The notes below the pieces were generated by a model. That model worked only from the letters and a program-made list of their open reading frames with translations. It did no database searches and had not been told where the DNA came from. From IMG/VR virus record IMGVR_UViG_3300000101_000005: DNA of 64,000 nt. The stretch is one strand, 5' to 3'. Positions 1-8,182 of this stretch are shown here, in pieces. Position 1 is the first letter of the stretch, and each line of letters begins with the position of its first letter. This DNA comes from a virus. Taxonomy: Duplodnaviria > Caudoviricetes. A program made the position numbers and the translations under genes.

Positions 1-16
1 GATCGTACCAGTTCAT

Positions 17-271
17 TTAATCCTCATCATCCCAAATTGCATCTTCGACGTCTTCATCATAATTAGTGTCGCCGTCATCTTCGTCTTCAGTTACATACTC
101 AATTGCAGTATCTAAGTATGTGTCAATACCAAAGAGTTCATTGATTGCAATTTCAGATACTCCGTGGTCTACTAGTGCAGTAACAAAGCCTTTTGCTACT
201 TCTTGTTTTTCCTTTTCAGGAACATGTTCTGACACTACGTTCCAAATGTCAGCAATTAGATCAGATTGCAT
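17..271 (-). CDS. Small acidic hypothetical protein downstream of uvsX
   Basis: 84-aa ORF with an AGGA RBS, same strand as uvsX and directly after it; very acidic C-terminus (EDEDDGDTNYDEDVED). Confidence 0.75.
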   Translation of the reverse strand: MQSDLIADIWNVVSEHVPEKEKQEVAKGFVTALVDHGVSEIAINELFGIDTYLDTAIEYVTEDEDDGDTNYDEDVEDAIWDDED

Positions 272-286
272 AGATTTCCTACTCCG

Positions 287-1363
287 TTATTCAGTTGGTT
301 GTTCTTCGTAAACTTCCTCATCGACTACTTCGACGGGAGTCGATACTACAGGTGTATTTATGATATCATCCATAATTATCTGTAGTTTATCTCCAGTCCA
401 CTGTTTCCGATATTCTAACATAACTTCGCCAGTCGATGGACTTGTATACTCAAGTCTATTACCTGACTTTTTAAGATATCCTTTTGCTTCGAATAACTCA
501 ATCAATCCACTATGCGGATCCATGCCTGTTTCATATGGTATTTCAACTTGCACACTTTCAAACGGTTTATTGTAACGTGTTTTCATTACTTTACACGCCG
601 CTCTAATACCATGTACTTGTGAAGTTTTATTACCGTCTGCATCTACTTTAAGTTTAAGTTTCTTAATAGCTACAACAATACTAGAAGCATATACAAACCC
701 TTGTCCACCGCTGATCTTATCGTCTGGATCAAACATATCTTGTGATGCATATGTGTGGTTAGTACATACCATACCTACGTTATAACTACCAATCATGTTA
801 ACTGTGTTACGAACAAGTGCAGTCAATGCCTTAGGCTTACGACCCATATCACCTTTCATATCACCTTTTTGGAACTGGTCAACGTCTGTAGGTGTTAGTA
901 ACATACCTAACGAATCAATTACAAATAATACTTTAGGACGTTCTTCTTCTGCCATATCACGATATTCTTTCATAAATTCTGATACTGTTCTAGCAACATC
1001 ATCAATCATGCTCATGTTAAGTTTAAGAAGTTTTTCTTCTGAAGTATCTACGTCAAGTGCTTGTAGCCACGCTTCGTCAAGTGCGTTCTCTGAGTCAACT
1101 AATACTACAAAGATGCCTTGTTCCTGTGCAGCCTTTACAATATTTGCTGAACAGAAGTAACTCTTACCACTACCTGATTCACCTGCAAACACCGTTACCT
1201 TACCAAGAGGAACACCTTTATTAAAGTCGCCACTTACAAGATAGTTTAGTGCAAAGTTTCCTGTGCTGACCCAATCAGTTGGATCATTGAAGCCAATACC
1301 AAGGCCGTCAATGCTCTTAGTGATTGTCTTTCTGAATTTACTTATGTCAAATGCTTTTGCCAT
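287..1363 (-). CDS. uvsX: RecA-family recombinase (T4 UvsX-like)
   Basis: Walker A GESGSGKS, Walker B-like VLFVIDSLG, DSENALD, the NHTY motif and SGGQGFVYASS; 358 aa; next to gp32. Confidence 0.95.
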   Translation of the reverse strand: MAKAFDISKFRKTITKSIDGLGIGFNDPTDWVSTGNFALNYLVSGDFNKGVPLGKVTVFAGESGSGKSYFCSANIVKAAQEQGIFVVLVDSENALDEAWLQALDVDTSEEKLLKLNMSMIDDVARTVSEFMKEYRDMAEEERPKVLFVIDSLGMLLTPTDVDQFQKGDMKGDMGRKPKALTALVRNTVNMIGSYNVGMVCTNHTYASQDMFDPDDKISGGQGFVYASSIVVAIKKLKLKVDADGNKTSQVHGIRAACKVMKTRYNKPFESVQVEIPYETGMDPHSGLIELFEAKGYLKKSGNRLEYTSPSTGEVMLEYRKQWTGDKLQIIMDDIINTPVVSTPVEVVDEEVYEEQPTE

Positions 1364-1455
1364 TTTTACCTTTCCTATGTTTTAGAGTGTGGTGTGAAAG
1401 ATCTCGCTGGATACCGAAAGGAGATTTTAGCCGGAACTTCCACATACACAATTAG

Positions 1456-2469
1456 TTAACTAGCGTTTCTGCTTCTAATCATTGCAAGAATATCTTGCGC
1501 TCTATTAGAACCATCGCCTTCACTTGCCGCAGCCGCTGGTGCTGTTGCAGTTGCCGCCGCTGGAGCCGCTTCTGCTACTGGTGCTGCCGGAGCCGCTTCA
1601 GGTGCAGGAGTTGCTGCTGGTGCTGGTGTTGCTGGTGTTGATGGAGTATATGCCTTGTTAGGATCTCCAGTACGTGACGCCATACCTGCTGGCTTAAAGT
1701 ACTGACCCCAACGGTCCATATCATATGCCTCACCGTCTACTGACGCTTCGAACATCTCTTTCATAACCTTCAATGCAACTTCATCGGGTTTCTTTGGAAG
1801 GAAATCTGACATGTTGTAAAGACCATGCGTTTCGATCGCTGCCTTTTCAGTATCACTTAATGCACGTTCTTTACGTGACCAAGATGATGTAGAATAGTCT
1901 GCATAGCCACCTTTAGAAGTTTTCTTAACTCTAAAGTCAACGCCACGCATATAGTCTGTTGGCAGTTCTTCAAGTTCAGGATCCATTAATGCACCTTTAA
2001 TGATCTGGAAGATCTGTGGTCCAATAATAAATCTACGGATTGGGTTTTCCGGAGAACTTTCTTCGTTTAACGGGTCTTCAGTAACAAACCCTTGGAATAC
2101 ATATGAACGTTTTTTCCAATACTTACGTCCCATATCTTCTAAAGATTTATCTTTAAACCATGGTCGAACTTCTGTTAAGATCGGACATGGTGTTCCGTCG
2201 TTATACATTTCCATACATGGAACTTGTACAATTACCTGACGTGAGTCAGTGTCGCCTTTTACTCCAGCAAACGGAAGTTTAATCATTGCACGTTCTGCCC
2301 AAAAGAACGTATTAGATTGATCGCTGTCAGGTAAGAAACGAATTACTGCTTCTTTGCCTTCTTGCATATTCCAATGTGGGTAAATTGCGTTGTCTCCACC
2401 GGAAGAATTTCCAGTGTTACGATTGTTGGACTCTTGTAGTTTAGCCCTTATTTCTGCGAGTGATGCCAT
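1456..2469 (-). CDS. gp32: Single-stranded DNA-binding protein (T4 gp32-like)
   Basis: N-terminal LAEIRAKL, AVIRFLP, CPIL, YWKKRSY, GVDFRVKKTSKGGYADYSTS; Ala/Pro-rich linker; strong GGAGG RBS. Confidence 0.9.
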   Translation of the reverse strand: MASLAEIRAKLQESNNRNTGNSSGGDNAIYPHWNMQEGKEAVIRFLPDSDQSNTFFWAERAMIKLPFAGVKGDTDSRQVIVQVPCMEMYNDGTPCPILTEVRPWFKDKSLEDMGRKYWKKRSYVFQGFVTEDPLNEESSPENPIRRFIIGPQIFQIIKGALMDPELEELPTDYMRGVDFRVKKTSKGGYADYSTSSWSRKERALSDTEKAAIETHGLYNMSDFLPKKPDEVALKVMKEMFEASVDGEAYDMDRWGQYFKPAGMASRTGDPNKAYTPSTPATPAPAATPAPEAAPAAPVAEAAPAAATATAPAAAASEGDGSNRAQDILAMIRSRNAS

Positions 2470-2526
2470 TTGTGCCTCCTATAGCCTTGTTATATGTTTT
2501 CACTTTCATGCCTAAGCATACGTATT

Positions 2527-2555
2527 ATTATATGCTCTTTTATTTAGCCCGTCAA
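2527..2555 (-). promoter_or_regulatory. Sigma70-type promoter for gp32, with a late-type CTAAATA motif inside its spacer
   Basis: Minus strand reads TTGACG, 17 nt, TATAAT (-35 at 2550-2555, -10 at 2527-2532). CTAAATA lies at 2541-2547. Confidence 0.8.
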
Positions 2556-2589
2556 CTGTTATTTTAACTAATTGTGGTTTCATTCAGCC

Positions 2590-2618
2590 AAAAAGAAAGG
2601 AGACCGCAGCCTCCTTCC
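2590..2618 (-). terminator. Intrinsic terminator after pqqA
   Basis: Minus strand GGAAGGAG-GCTGCGGT-CTCCTTTC followed by TTTTT, about 15 nt after the pqqA stop. Confidence 0.75.
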
Positions 2619-2632
2619 GTAAAACTTGTACG

Positions 2633-2704
2633 TTACTTGTTCATTACGTACATTGTAACTTCAAAACCAAAACGCATTTCTGTGTATGAAGGTTTAGTCC
2701 ACAT
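2633..2704 (-). CDS. pqqA: Pyrroloquinoline quinone (PQQ) precursor peptide PqqA, MWTKPSYTEMRFGFEVTMYVMNK
   Basis: Translated by hand: 23 codons plus TAA, with an AAGGAG RBS 7 nt upstream. It has the PqqA signature MW-x-KP...R-x-GFEVT-x-Y, including the cross-linked Glu-x3-Tyr (EVTMY). It is below the size cut-off of the ORF track. Confidence 0.93.
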   Translation of the reverse strand: MWTKPSYTEMRFGFEVTMYVMNK

Positions 2705-2783
2705 TGTCATTCTCCTTTAGTCTTAGGTTGAAACATGTAAACAGTTCCTAGGAGAGCTAAAAGCAAGTCCTAGTTGAGTTACG

Positions 2784-3008
2784 TTAAAGTGCCTTGTGCA
2801 ATTGAGCAACTAGCTTTGCTTTAGTCAGCCTTCTATCTAATTCAATGCCGTTATCTCTGCCTAATTCTTCTAACTTAACCTTTGTCATTTTTGATAACTC
2901 AGCTTTAGTTACTTTCTTAGCTTTTGCTGGGGCCTTTTCTTTCACTTCGTCCTTTAGTACCAAAGGTTCTACTGGTGAAGTGAACAGCTTTTTAATCCAG
3001 TTAAACAT
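2784..3008 (-). CDS. Small basic protein with a C-terminal Rho-N/HeH-like helical motif
   Basis: LSKMTKVKLEELGRDNGIELDRRLTKAKLVAQL resembles helix-extended-helix nucleic-acid-binding modules; GGAG RBS; late-type TTAAATA at 3031-3037. Confidence 0.55.
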   Translation of the reverse strand: MFNWIKKLFTSPVEPLVLKDEVKEKAPAKAKKVTKAELSKMTKVKLEELGRDNGIELDRRLTKAKLVAQLHKAL

Positions 3009-3042
3009 ATTCTTCTCCGTTAATGAGTATTATTTAAGTCTT

Positions 3043-5424
3043 TTAGTAAGCGCCAGCTAAGGTTTTGATTCTTTCGAGTTCTTCGAGTTCTTCTGCCCCT
3101 TGCTCTTGTGCCGGTGCCATTCGTTCTACCATCTTACGAGCAACTTGTCCTGCATGTTCGCCGAACTTCTTGTCTACCATAGTAGCAACGCCTTCTGGAC
3201 CTTTTGGAAATGTGCCACTATTTTTATCGTACATACTTACAATAAATTGTGCTACTTCGTTAATATCATATGACTTACCGTCTACTTTGAATTCTTTTTT
3301 GCCTGCTTTGATTGCTTTGTCTCTCTCACCTGAGAACTTATTTCCTTCGCCAAAATCTGGCTCATCTTGTTTTTCAATATGATTGCCTTCGTCATCAAAG
3401 TCTGTGTCAACCATATCAATTGCAAACATAGCATCAGCTGCTTCATACTTGCCTACTTTAATAGCAGCTTTAACTTTGTCTTTTGGCATTGTTAACTTTT
3501 GATCTTCATCTGTAAAGTCACCTAAAATTTCTTCAGCACCAATCAACGCATCACTTACTCTACCTTCTTGTTGCGTTCCTTCGTGTTGTTTATGATCTGC
3601 ATTATCGTACATTTCTTGTGCGTCCTCCTGACAAGCTGCCATTAACTCGTCCATGTCTTGCATTTCAAGATCTATGTCAGGGTCAAAACCTAATTTACTG
3701 TTACCATCCATTTGGCAGTCTAGTGATATTGATTTAGGATCAACTATGATGTTTGCTGGACCATCTTCGTTTTCAATTTTTGCTTTATACGATACAGTGC
3801 AAGGTGTCATTTCGCCATCATCGCCTGTTCCATCCCATTCAAACTCGCCTTCGAACTCGTCTGGCATAAAGCCTTCCATTGGTGGCTCAGATTGATCAGC
3901 ACTTACTGCTGGTTCATCTGCCATATCACCAAAGTCTAATGATTCTAATTGCTCAGGTGCATTTTCTTCAACCCATGCTTTAACTAATGGGCGAGCATCT
4001 CCGTTAGGATCTTCTTTTGCCTTCATTTTAATATCGTTAAACAGTCTGTTGTCTTCGATAATACCTTTTAAACTTTGAATAGCATTTGTGCCATCTACGC
4101 CTACTGGAAAGTCTTGGTTTACTAATTCATTTAGACTTGCAACTGCCTCTTTAATTTCTTCGTCGCTACCTGTTGTAAGAGGTGAATCTTCACCTAGTGC
4201 CATTGCCCAATTTTCAAATGCTGCAAACGGATCACTTGCTTCGTCCATATCATGTATGCCATTACCATTGTTATCAACCCAATGACTACCATTTTCATCG
4301 TGTGAGTCATGCTCACAATCAGTTGTAGGTTTGTGCATTACATCATCACAATCTTTACAGTGATATTTGTCTGATTCGTTTTTTGTCATTTCGACTATGT
4401 CGTCATAGCCTACAATTTCATCTTCTTTCATTAGTCTATATAGTACTGGAAATACTGATGTTAAATCTTCTTTGAAATTTCTAATAGTGAATTGATCTTT
4501 AAACTGTTCCATTACATCATCTGGTACTTCCATTGCCTCTGGTGTCTGGAAACCTTCTACGTATGATTCATAGTGAGGTTGTTTAGCTATTTTTGCAATT
4601 CTTTCTCTTAAACTATCAAGCTGGCCTTTGCTACGTTCAACAACTGAATTTGTGTCGGAGTTCATTAAGTCGTTACGTACAACATAGCCTGTGAAACTTT
4701 TTAATTGTGCAATTTCTTCACTCATTTTAATAATGCTTTCACCAATTGCATCGTATGGAGCACCACCATTTGCAACGTGTCTTTGCATAGCTCTTGCGCC
4801 TGCTAAGTGAATAAAAGGATATTTAAATCTTTCACCTTGTGAGTTTTCAACAAATAAAGCAGCAATATTTCTTGATCTATCACCTGGCTTCATTTCTGTA
4901 TCATCAGCAAGTGTTTTACTATGCTTAATGATTAATCTTGTGTCTTCCAGTTTTTGGAAGCTCTGTTTTTTAGTCCCGTATAAGGTGCTCTCGTTCATTT
5001 TATTCTCTCCGACTGGTTTTACTATAGTATCACTATCCGCTTGTGGGTTTGAGTATTGACTCAGGAATGCATAATCCCTTTGGTCTAGATTGTCTTTAGC
5101 AATGTCTCTAGTATCAAATGCTAGTAGTCGACGCTTACTAAACTTTCTTAATTCTTTTAGAAATCCGTACCAATTGTCTTTTTGTGGATCGTCCATGCCT
5201 TCAGTAATACCATTTGAAAAGTATACTTTCATTGAATTTGGTTCAGCAAGGCTAATACTCACGTGTCCAATATTCTTATCGCCTTCATTATAATCAAAGT
5301 CAAAGAATCTGGCTTGCTCCGGGTTGATAGTAATTGACCCAGCGTCATCTCCTAATTTTAAACCTTTAAATCTACTTCTAATTTTATAGAAGAGATCGGT
5401 TGCTATGTTGTTAGTTGCGTCCAT
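3043..5424 (-). CDS. Large acidic hypothetical protein, possibly head-internal or prohead-core
   Basis: The ORF track starts at TTG 5439, but ATG 5424 (MDATNN) follows ATAAATA-N5 and is the preferred start. The N-terminal half looks globular; the acidic C-terminal half is modular, with KAGKKEFKVDGKSY and a terminal LERIKTLAG. Confidence 0.6.
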   Translation of the reverse strand: MDATNNIATDLFYKIRSRFKGLKLGDDAGSITINPEQARFFDFDYNEGDKNIGHVSISLAEPNSMKVYFSNGITEGMDDPQKDNWYGFLKELRKFSKRRLLAFDTRDIAKDNLDQRDYAFLSQYSNPQADSDTIVKPVGENKMNESTLYGTKKQSFQKLEDTRLIIKHSKTLADDTEMKPGDRSRNIAALFVENSQGERFKYPFIHLAGARAMQRHVANGGAPYDAIGESIIKMSEEIAQLKSFTGYVVRNDLMNSDTNSVVERSKGQLDSLRERIAKIAKQPHYESYVEGFQTPEAMEVPDDVMEQFKDQFTIRNFKEDLTSVFPVLYRLMKEDEIVGYDDIVEMTKNESDKYHCKDCDDVMHKPTTDCEHDSHDENGSHWVDNNGNGIHDMDEASDPFAAFENWAMALGEDSPLTTGSDEEIKEAVASLNELVNQDFPVGVDGTNAIQSLKGIIEDNRLFNDIKMKAKEDPNGDARPLVKAWVEENAPEQLESLDFGDMADEPAVSADQSEPPMEGFMPDEFEGEFEWDGTGDDGEMTPCTVSYKAKIENEDGPANIIVDPKSISLDCQMDGNSKLGFDPDIDLEMQDMDELMAACQEDAQEMYDNADHKQHEGTQQEGRVSDALIGAEEILGDFTDEDQKLTMPKDKVKAAIKVGKYEAADAMFAIDMVDTDFDDEGNHIEKQDEPDFGEGNKFSGERDKAIKAGKKEFKVDGKSYDINEVAQFIVSMYDKNSGTFPKGPEGVATMVDKKFGEHAGQVARKMVERMAPAQEQGAEELEELERIKTLAGAY

Positions 5425-5435
5425 ATAAGTATTTA

Positions 5436-7025
5436 TCAAAATCCTGTACTTACGAAGATCGGCATTGGGAACTGATCTTCTGTCATTCTTTCTGTCATTT
5501 TGTCGTATATTTTAGGATCCCAGTCAGATAATACGTTGGCCATACGTACAATTAATAATGTTGCAGCCACTAAATCGTCATGTTCGCCTGTTTTTGCACC
5601 GTACCCAACACCGTGTGCTACGAATGTTTTTAGCTCTGATATAAGCGGTTTACTGTGTATTTTCATCTTATTTTTTTCTAATAAATTTTTAAATCCGCTA
5701 CATGCAGTAATCTTTGTTTTGTGTGTTGTGTTAAATCCTTTTCTATAACGTCTAACATGTCCTTTTCTCATAGGCTCACTTAAGAATAATCCGCTAAAGT
5801 TTTCTTCACCTATGTCTGCAATAACAACTAGTGCTGCTTCACCAATTGTATTATTCTCTACACTATAATATATTGTAGGAGTTGCATTTCCACCTGTTGC
5901 ACATTCTGTTTGAATGTACTGTAAAATTTCTCTTAATGTTCTTACTTGCTGTTGTATTGGAGTTAAGTTATGTCTCCATTCTCCTACTTGTTCCATACTA
6001 GGCATTTCAAATATTTGAATAGCACCATAGTCGCCGCCTGTACCTAAACTTGGATCCATACTTACTAGGTATGTTGCTTTAGGATTAATTTTTTTATACC
6101 AACGTGTTTGTCCAGTATTCATAATAGGCTCTGAGCCTTCTAGTTCTGCTAACTTAACACTATTAATAAGTGTTTCATCAAAGATTAAGAATTCACAATC
6201 AAACTCACGTCTAAAACGTTCGTCACCGATCTTTGCTTTTTCTTCTGCTGCCCAGGCATCATCTCTATCTGGATGATCAACCCATGGAGCAAAATAAGGA
6301 AAGAATCCGTTAGTACCTACGCCCATATCGTTACCGTGATCGTCAAACTTTTTATTTGCTTCTGTCCAAATCATAGCAAACTGATCTTCATCTGAGTTTG
6401 GTGTACTTGTAACAATAGCTTTACCACCTGTTGACAGTGTAGGAGAAAGTGCAGTCCAAAACTCTTTGGCTTTCTCTGGCGGTTGCACAAACGCAAACTC
6501 ATCACAGTATATTAATGAAAGTGATTTACCACGTCCAGTATCTTCTGTTGTTGTAGTTGCTTGTATTCTACTACCGTTATCAAACTCAATCGTGTTTCTG
6601 TTATATGTATAGATACCAGCACGAACAAAGTCAGGCAATGTTTCATATCCATATCTAAATCTATTCATGATGTCTTGCGCACCAGTATATTTGTGTGCAG
6701 CAATTAGCACCTGCGATTCAGGTGTAAACATTGTATACCATAATAGATATCCAGCAGCACAGGTCGTCTTACCCATCTGTCTAGGTAACATAGCAACACA
6801 ATATCTATTTTCTGCGTATGCTTGAATTAGTTCTCGTTGAAATCCATAAGGCTCAAACTTCATTGAACCTTTTACAGGGTGTTGAATGGTTAGAAAGTTT
6901 TCACAAAAGTATAATGGGCCCGTGATAGGATCCATACAAGCCTCTAAGTGCTTGACTTCTTCTAATGTAAATTTATTTTTGCTGTGGGCCTTCTTTATCT
7001 GAACGCCATCTAAACTCTTTGCCAT
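5436..7025 (-). CDS. gp17: Terminase large subunit (T4 gp17-like)
   Basis: ATPase motifs PRQMGKTT, GRGKS, LIYCDEFAF and STPN; nuclease motifs SMDPSLG, VENN and HDDLV. Confidence 0.95.
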   Translation of the reverse strand: MAKSLDGVQIKKAHSKNKFTLEEVKHLEACMDPITGPLYFCENFLTIQHPVKGSMKFEPYGFQRELIQAYAENRYCVAMLPRQMGKTTCAAGYLLWYTMFTPESQVLIAAHKYTGAQDIMNRFRYGYETLPDFVRAGIYTYNRNTIEFDNGSRIQATTTTEDTGRGKSLSLIYCDEFAFVQPPEKAKEFWTALSPTLSTGGKAIVTSTPNSDEDQFAMIWTEANKKFDDHGNDMGVGTNGFFPYFAPWVDHPDRDDAWAAEEKAKIGDERFRREFDCEFLIFDETLINSVKLAELEGSEPIMNTGQTRWYKKINPKATYLVSMDPSLGTGGDYGAIQIFEMPSMEQVGEWRHNLTPIQQQVRTLREILQYIQTECATGGNATPTIYYSVENNTIGEAALVVIADIGEENFSGLFLSEPMRKGHVRRYRKGFNTTHKTKITACSGFKNLLEKNKMKIHSKPLISELKTFVAHGVGYGAKTGEHDDLVAATLLIVRMANVLSDWDPKIYDKMTERMTEDQFPMPIFVSTGF

Positions 7026-7039
7026 ACTAGTATTTACTC

Positions 7040-7066
7040 AAAAAAATAGCACCCGAAGGTGCTATT
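7040..7066 (-). terminator. Intrinsic terminator with a cUUCGg tetraloop
   Basis: AATAGCACC-TTCG-GGTGCTATT followed by a T run on the minus strand. Confidence 0.9.
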
Positions 7067-7085
7067 GAATCTTGTGATAGCAGTA

Positions 7086-7520
7086 TTATGCTAATTCTAG
7101 CGTAGTTTTTACTGTACAAGTTACACCAGTAAAGTCAATTTGTGCTGGTGTAGCACCTGATAAGTCAGTTAATGCAATGATGTCATCTTCAATTTGTTCT
7201 ACAAGTGTTTCTGCACCTGCTTGATCATAATCTAATGAGTCGTTGCTTTGTTCAACTACAAGTGCAAACTTTTGGTTTGTACCATATAGTGCGCCACGAA
7301 TAACAACAGTACAATATTTTTCAACAATACGCATAATGCTTTCAATTGCTAGTCCGCTGCCTGTTTGAGCGTTTACTGCTGCACCACATGCAATTTCAAA
7401 TACTGTTAAGTTTTTGTTGCCGTTGTAATGTATAGCTGTCATATCAGCATATGGTTTTCTGTTTTCAGCAACCTTTACTGAACTACCGCCGCCGATTGTT
7501 GATTGTGTTAAATCTGCCAT
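7086..7520 (-). CDS. Hypothetical protein, likely virion-associated
   Basis: 144-aa ORF coupled to the upstream gene by a TAATG overlap and followed by the terminator; no family recognised. Confidence 0.7.
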   Translation of the reverse strand: MADLTQSTIGGGSSVKVAENRKPYADMTAIHYNGNKNLTVFEIACGAAVNAQTGSGLAIESIMRIVEKYCTVVIRGALYGTNQKFALVVEQSNDSLDYDQAGAETLVEQIEDDIIALTDLSGATPAQIDFTGVTCTVKTTLELA

Positions 7521-8182
7521 TACTTCTCTCCCTTAGCTTCTGCTAAACGTTGTGTAAGTTCAGCGTGTATTTGAGCTCTTAGGTCCTCGCCCTCTTTTAC
7601 TTTTCTCATAGGATTGTCACCGTCAGCTACTTTAGGATGTGTACCCTTAGGACGGTTCATTCCACCTGCTAATTTGTTTTGCATATAGTCAATGTCTCTG
7701 TGGTCTTCATCAGGCTCATTAGCATATGCTTCTTCTTTATCTTTGTCTTCTTCGTCGTGGTCGTCCATGTCGTGGTCGCCATCGTCGTCTTTGTCTAAAC
7801 CTTTGATCATATCGTGATCTGCATCATGGTCATCTTTGTCCATGCCCATATCCATATCACCGCCTGGCTTATCATCATTATCGTCATCAAAGTCTGGAAT
7901 CAATTTATTGATTGGCTTTGGCATAGCAATAGTCATGTCTGGCATGTCTGGCATGTCTGGTTTTTCTGGTTGGTTAATCATGTCTGGATTAACTTTAGTC
8001 ATTAATTTTAATACGTCATCAATAGCATCGCCTTCAGCACTGATATTAACATTCATTCTTGCTTTATCTTTTTGCTCTGGTGTTGACATTGGAGCCTGTG
8101 GCATAGGAACTGGCATCTCTGTAACAGGGGCGTCAGTTGTGTCAAGCTCACGCATTTTTTGCATAAGTTCATTAAAGTTCAT
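7520..8182 (-). CDS. Acidic low-complexity hypothetical protein (Asp/Met/His-rich)
   Basis: 220 aa; MPDMPDM micro-repeat and a DKDDDGDHDMDD loop; TAATG overlaps with both neighbours. Confidence 0.7.
   Translation of the reverse strand: MNFNELMQKMRELDTTDAPVTEMPVPMPQAPMSTPEQKDKARMNVNISAEGDAIDDVLKLMTKVNPDMINQPEKPDMPDMPDMTIAMPKPINKLIPDFDDDNDDKPGGDMDMGMDKDDHDADHDMIKGLDKDDDGDHDMDDHDEEDKDKEEAYANEPDEDHRDIDYMQNKLAGGMNRPKGTHPKVADGDNPMRKVKEGEDLRAQIHAELTQRLAEAKGEK

Noticed and set aside
2470-3040. Complete PQQ biosynthesis operon
   Set aside because: Only pqqA is present; no radical SAM (PqqE), PqqB, PqqC or PqqD motifs occur in the window.
287-7025. Inteins or self-splicing introns in uvsX or the large terminase
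   Set aside because: Both frames are continuous, of ordinary length (358 and 529 aa), and lack Hint or LAGLIDADG motifs.
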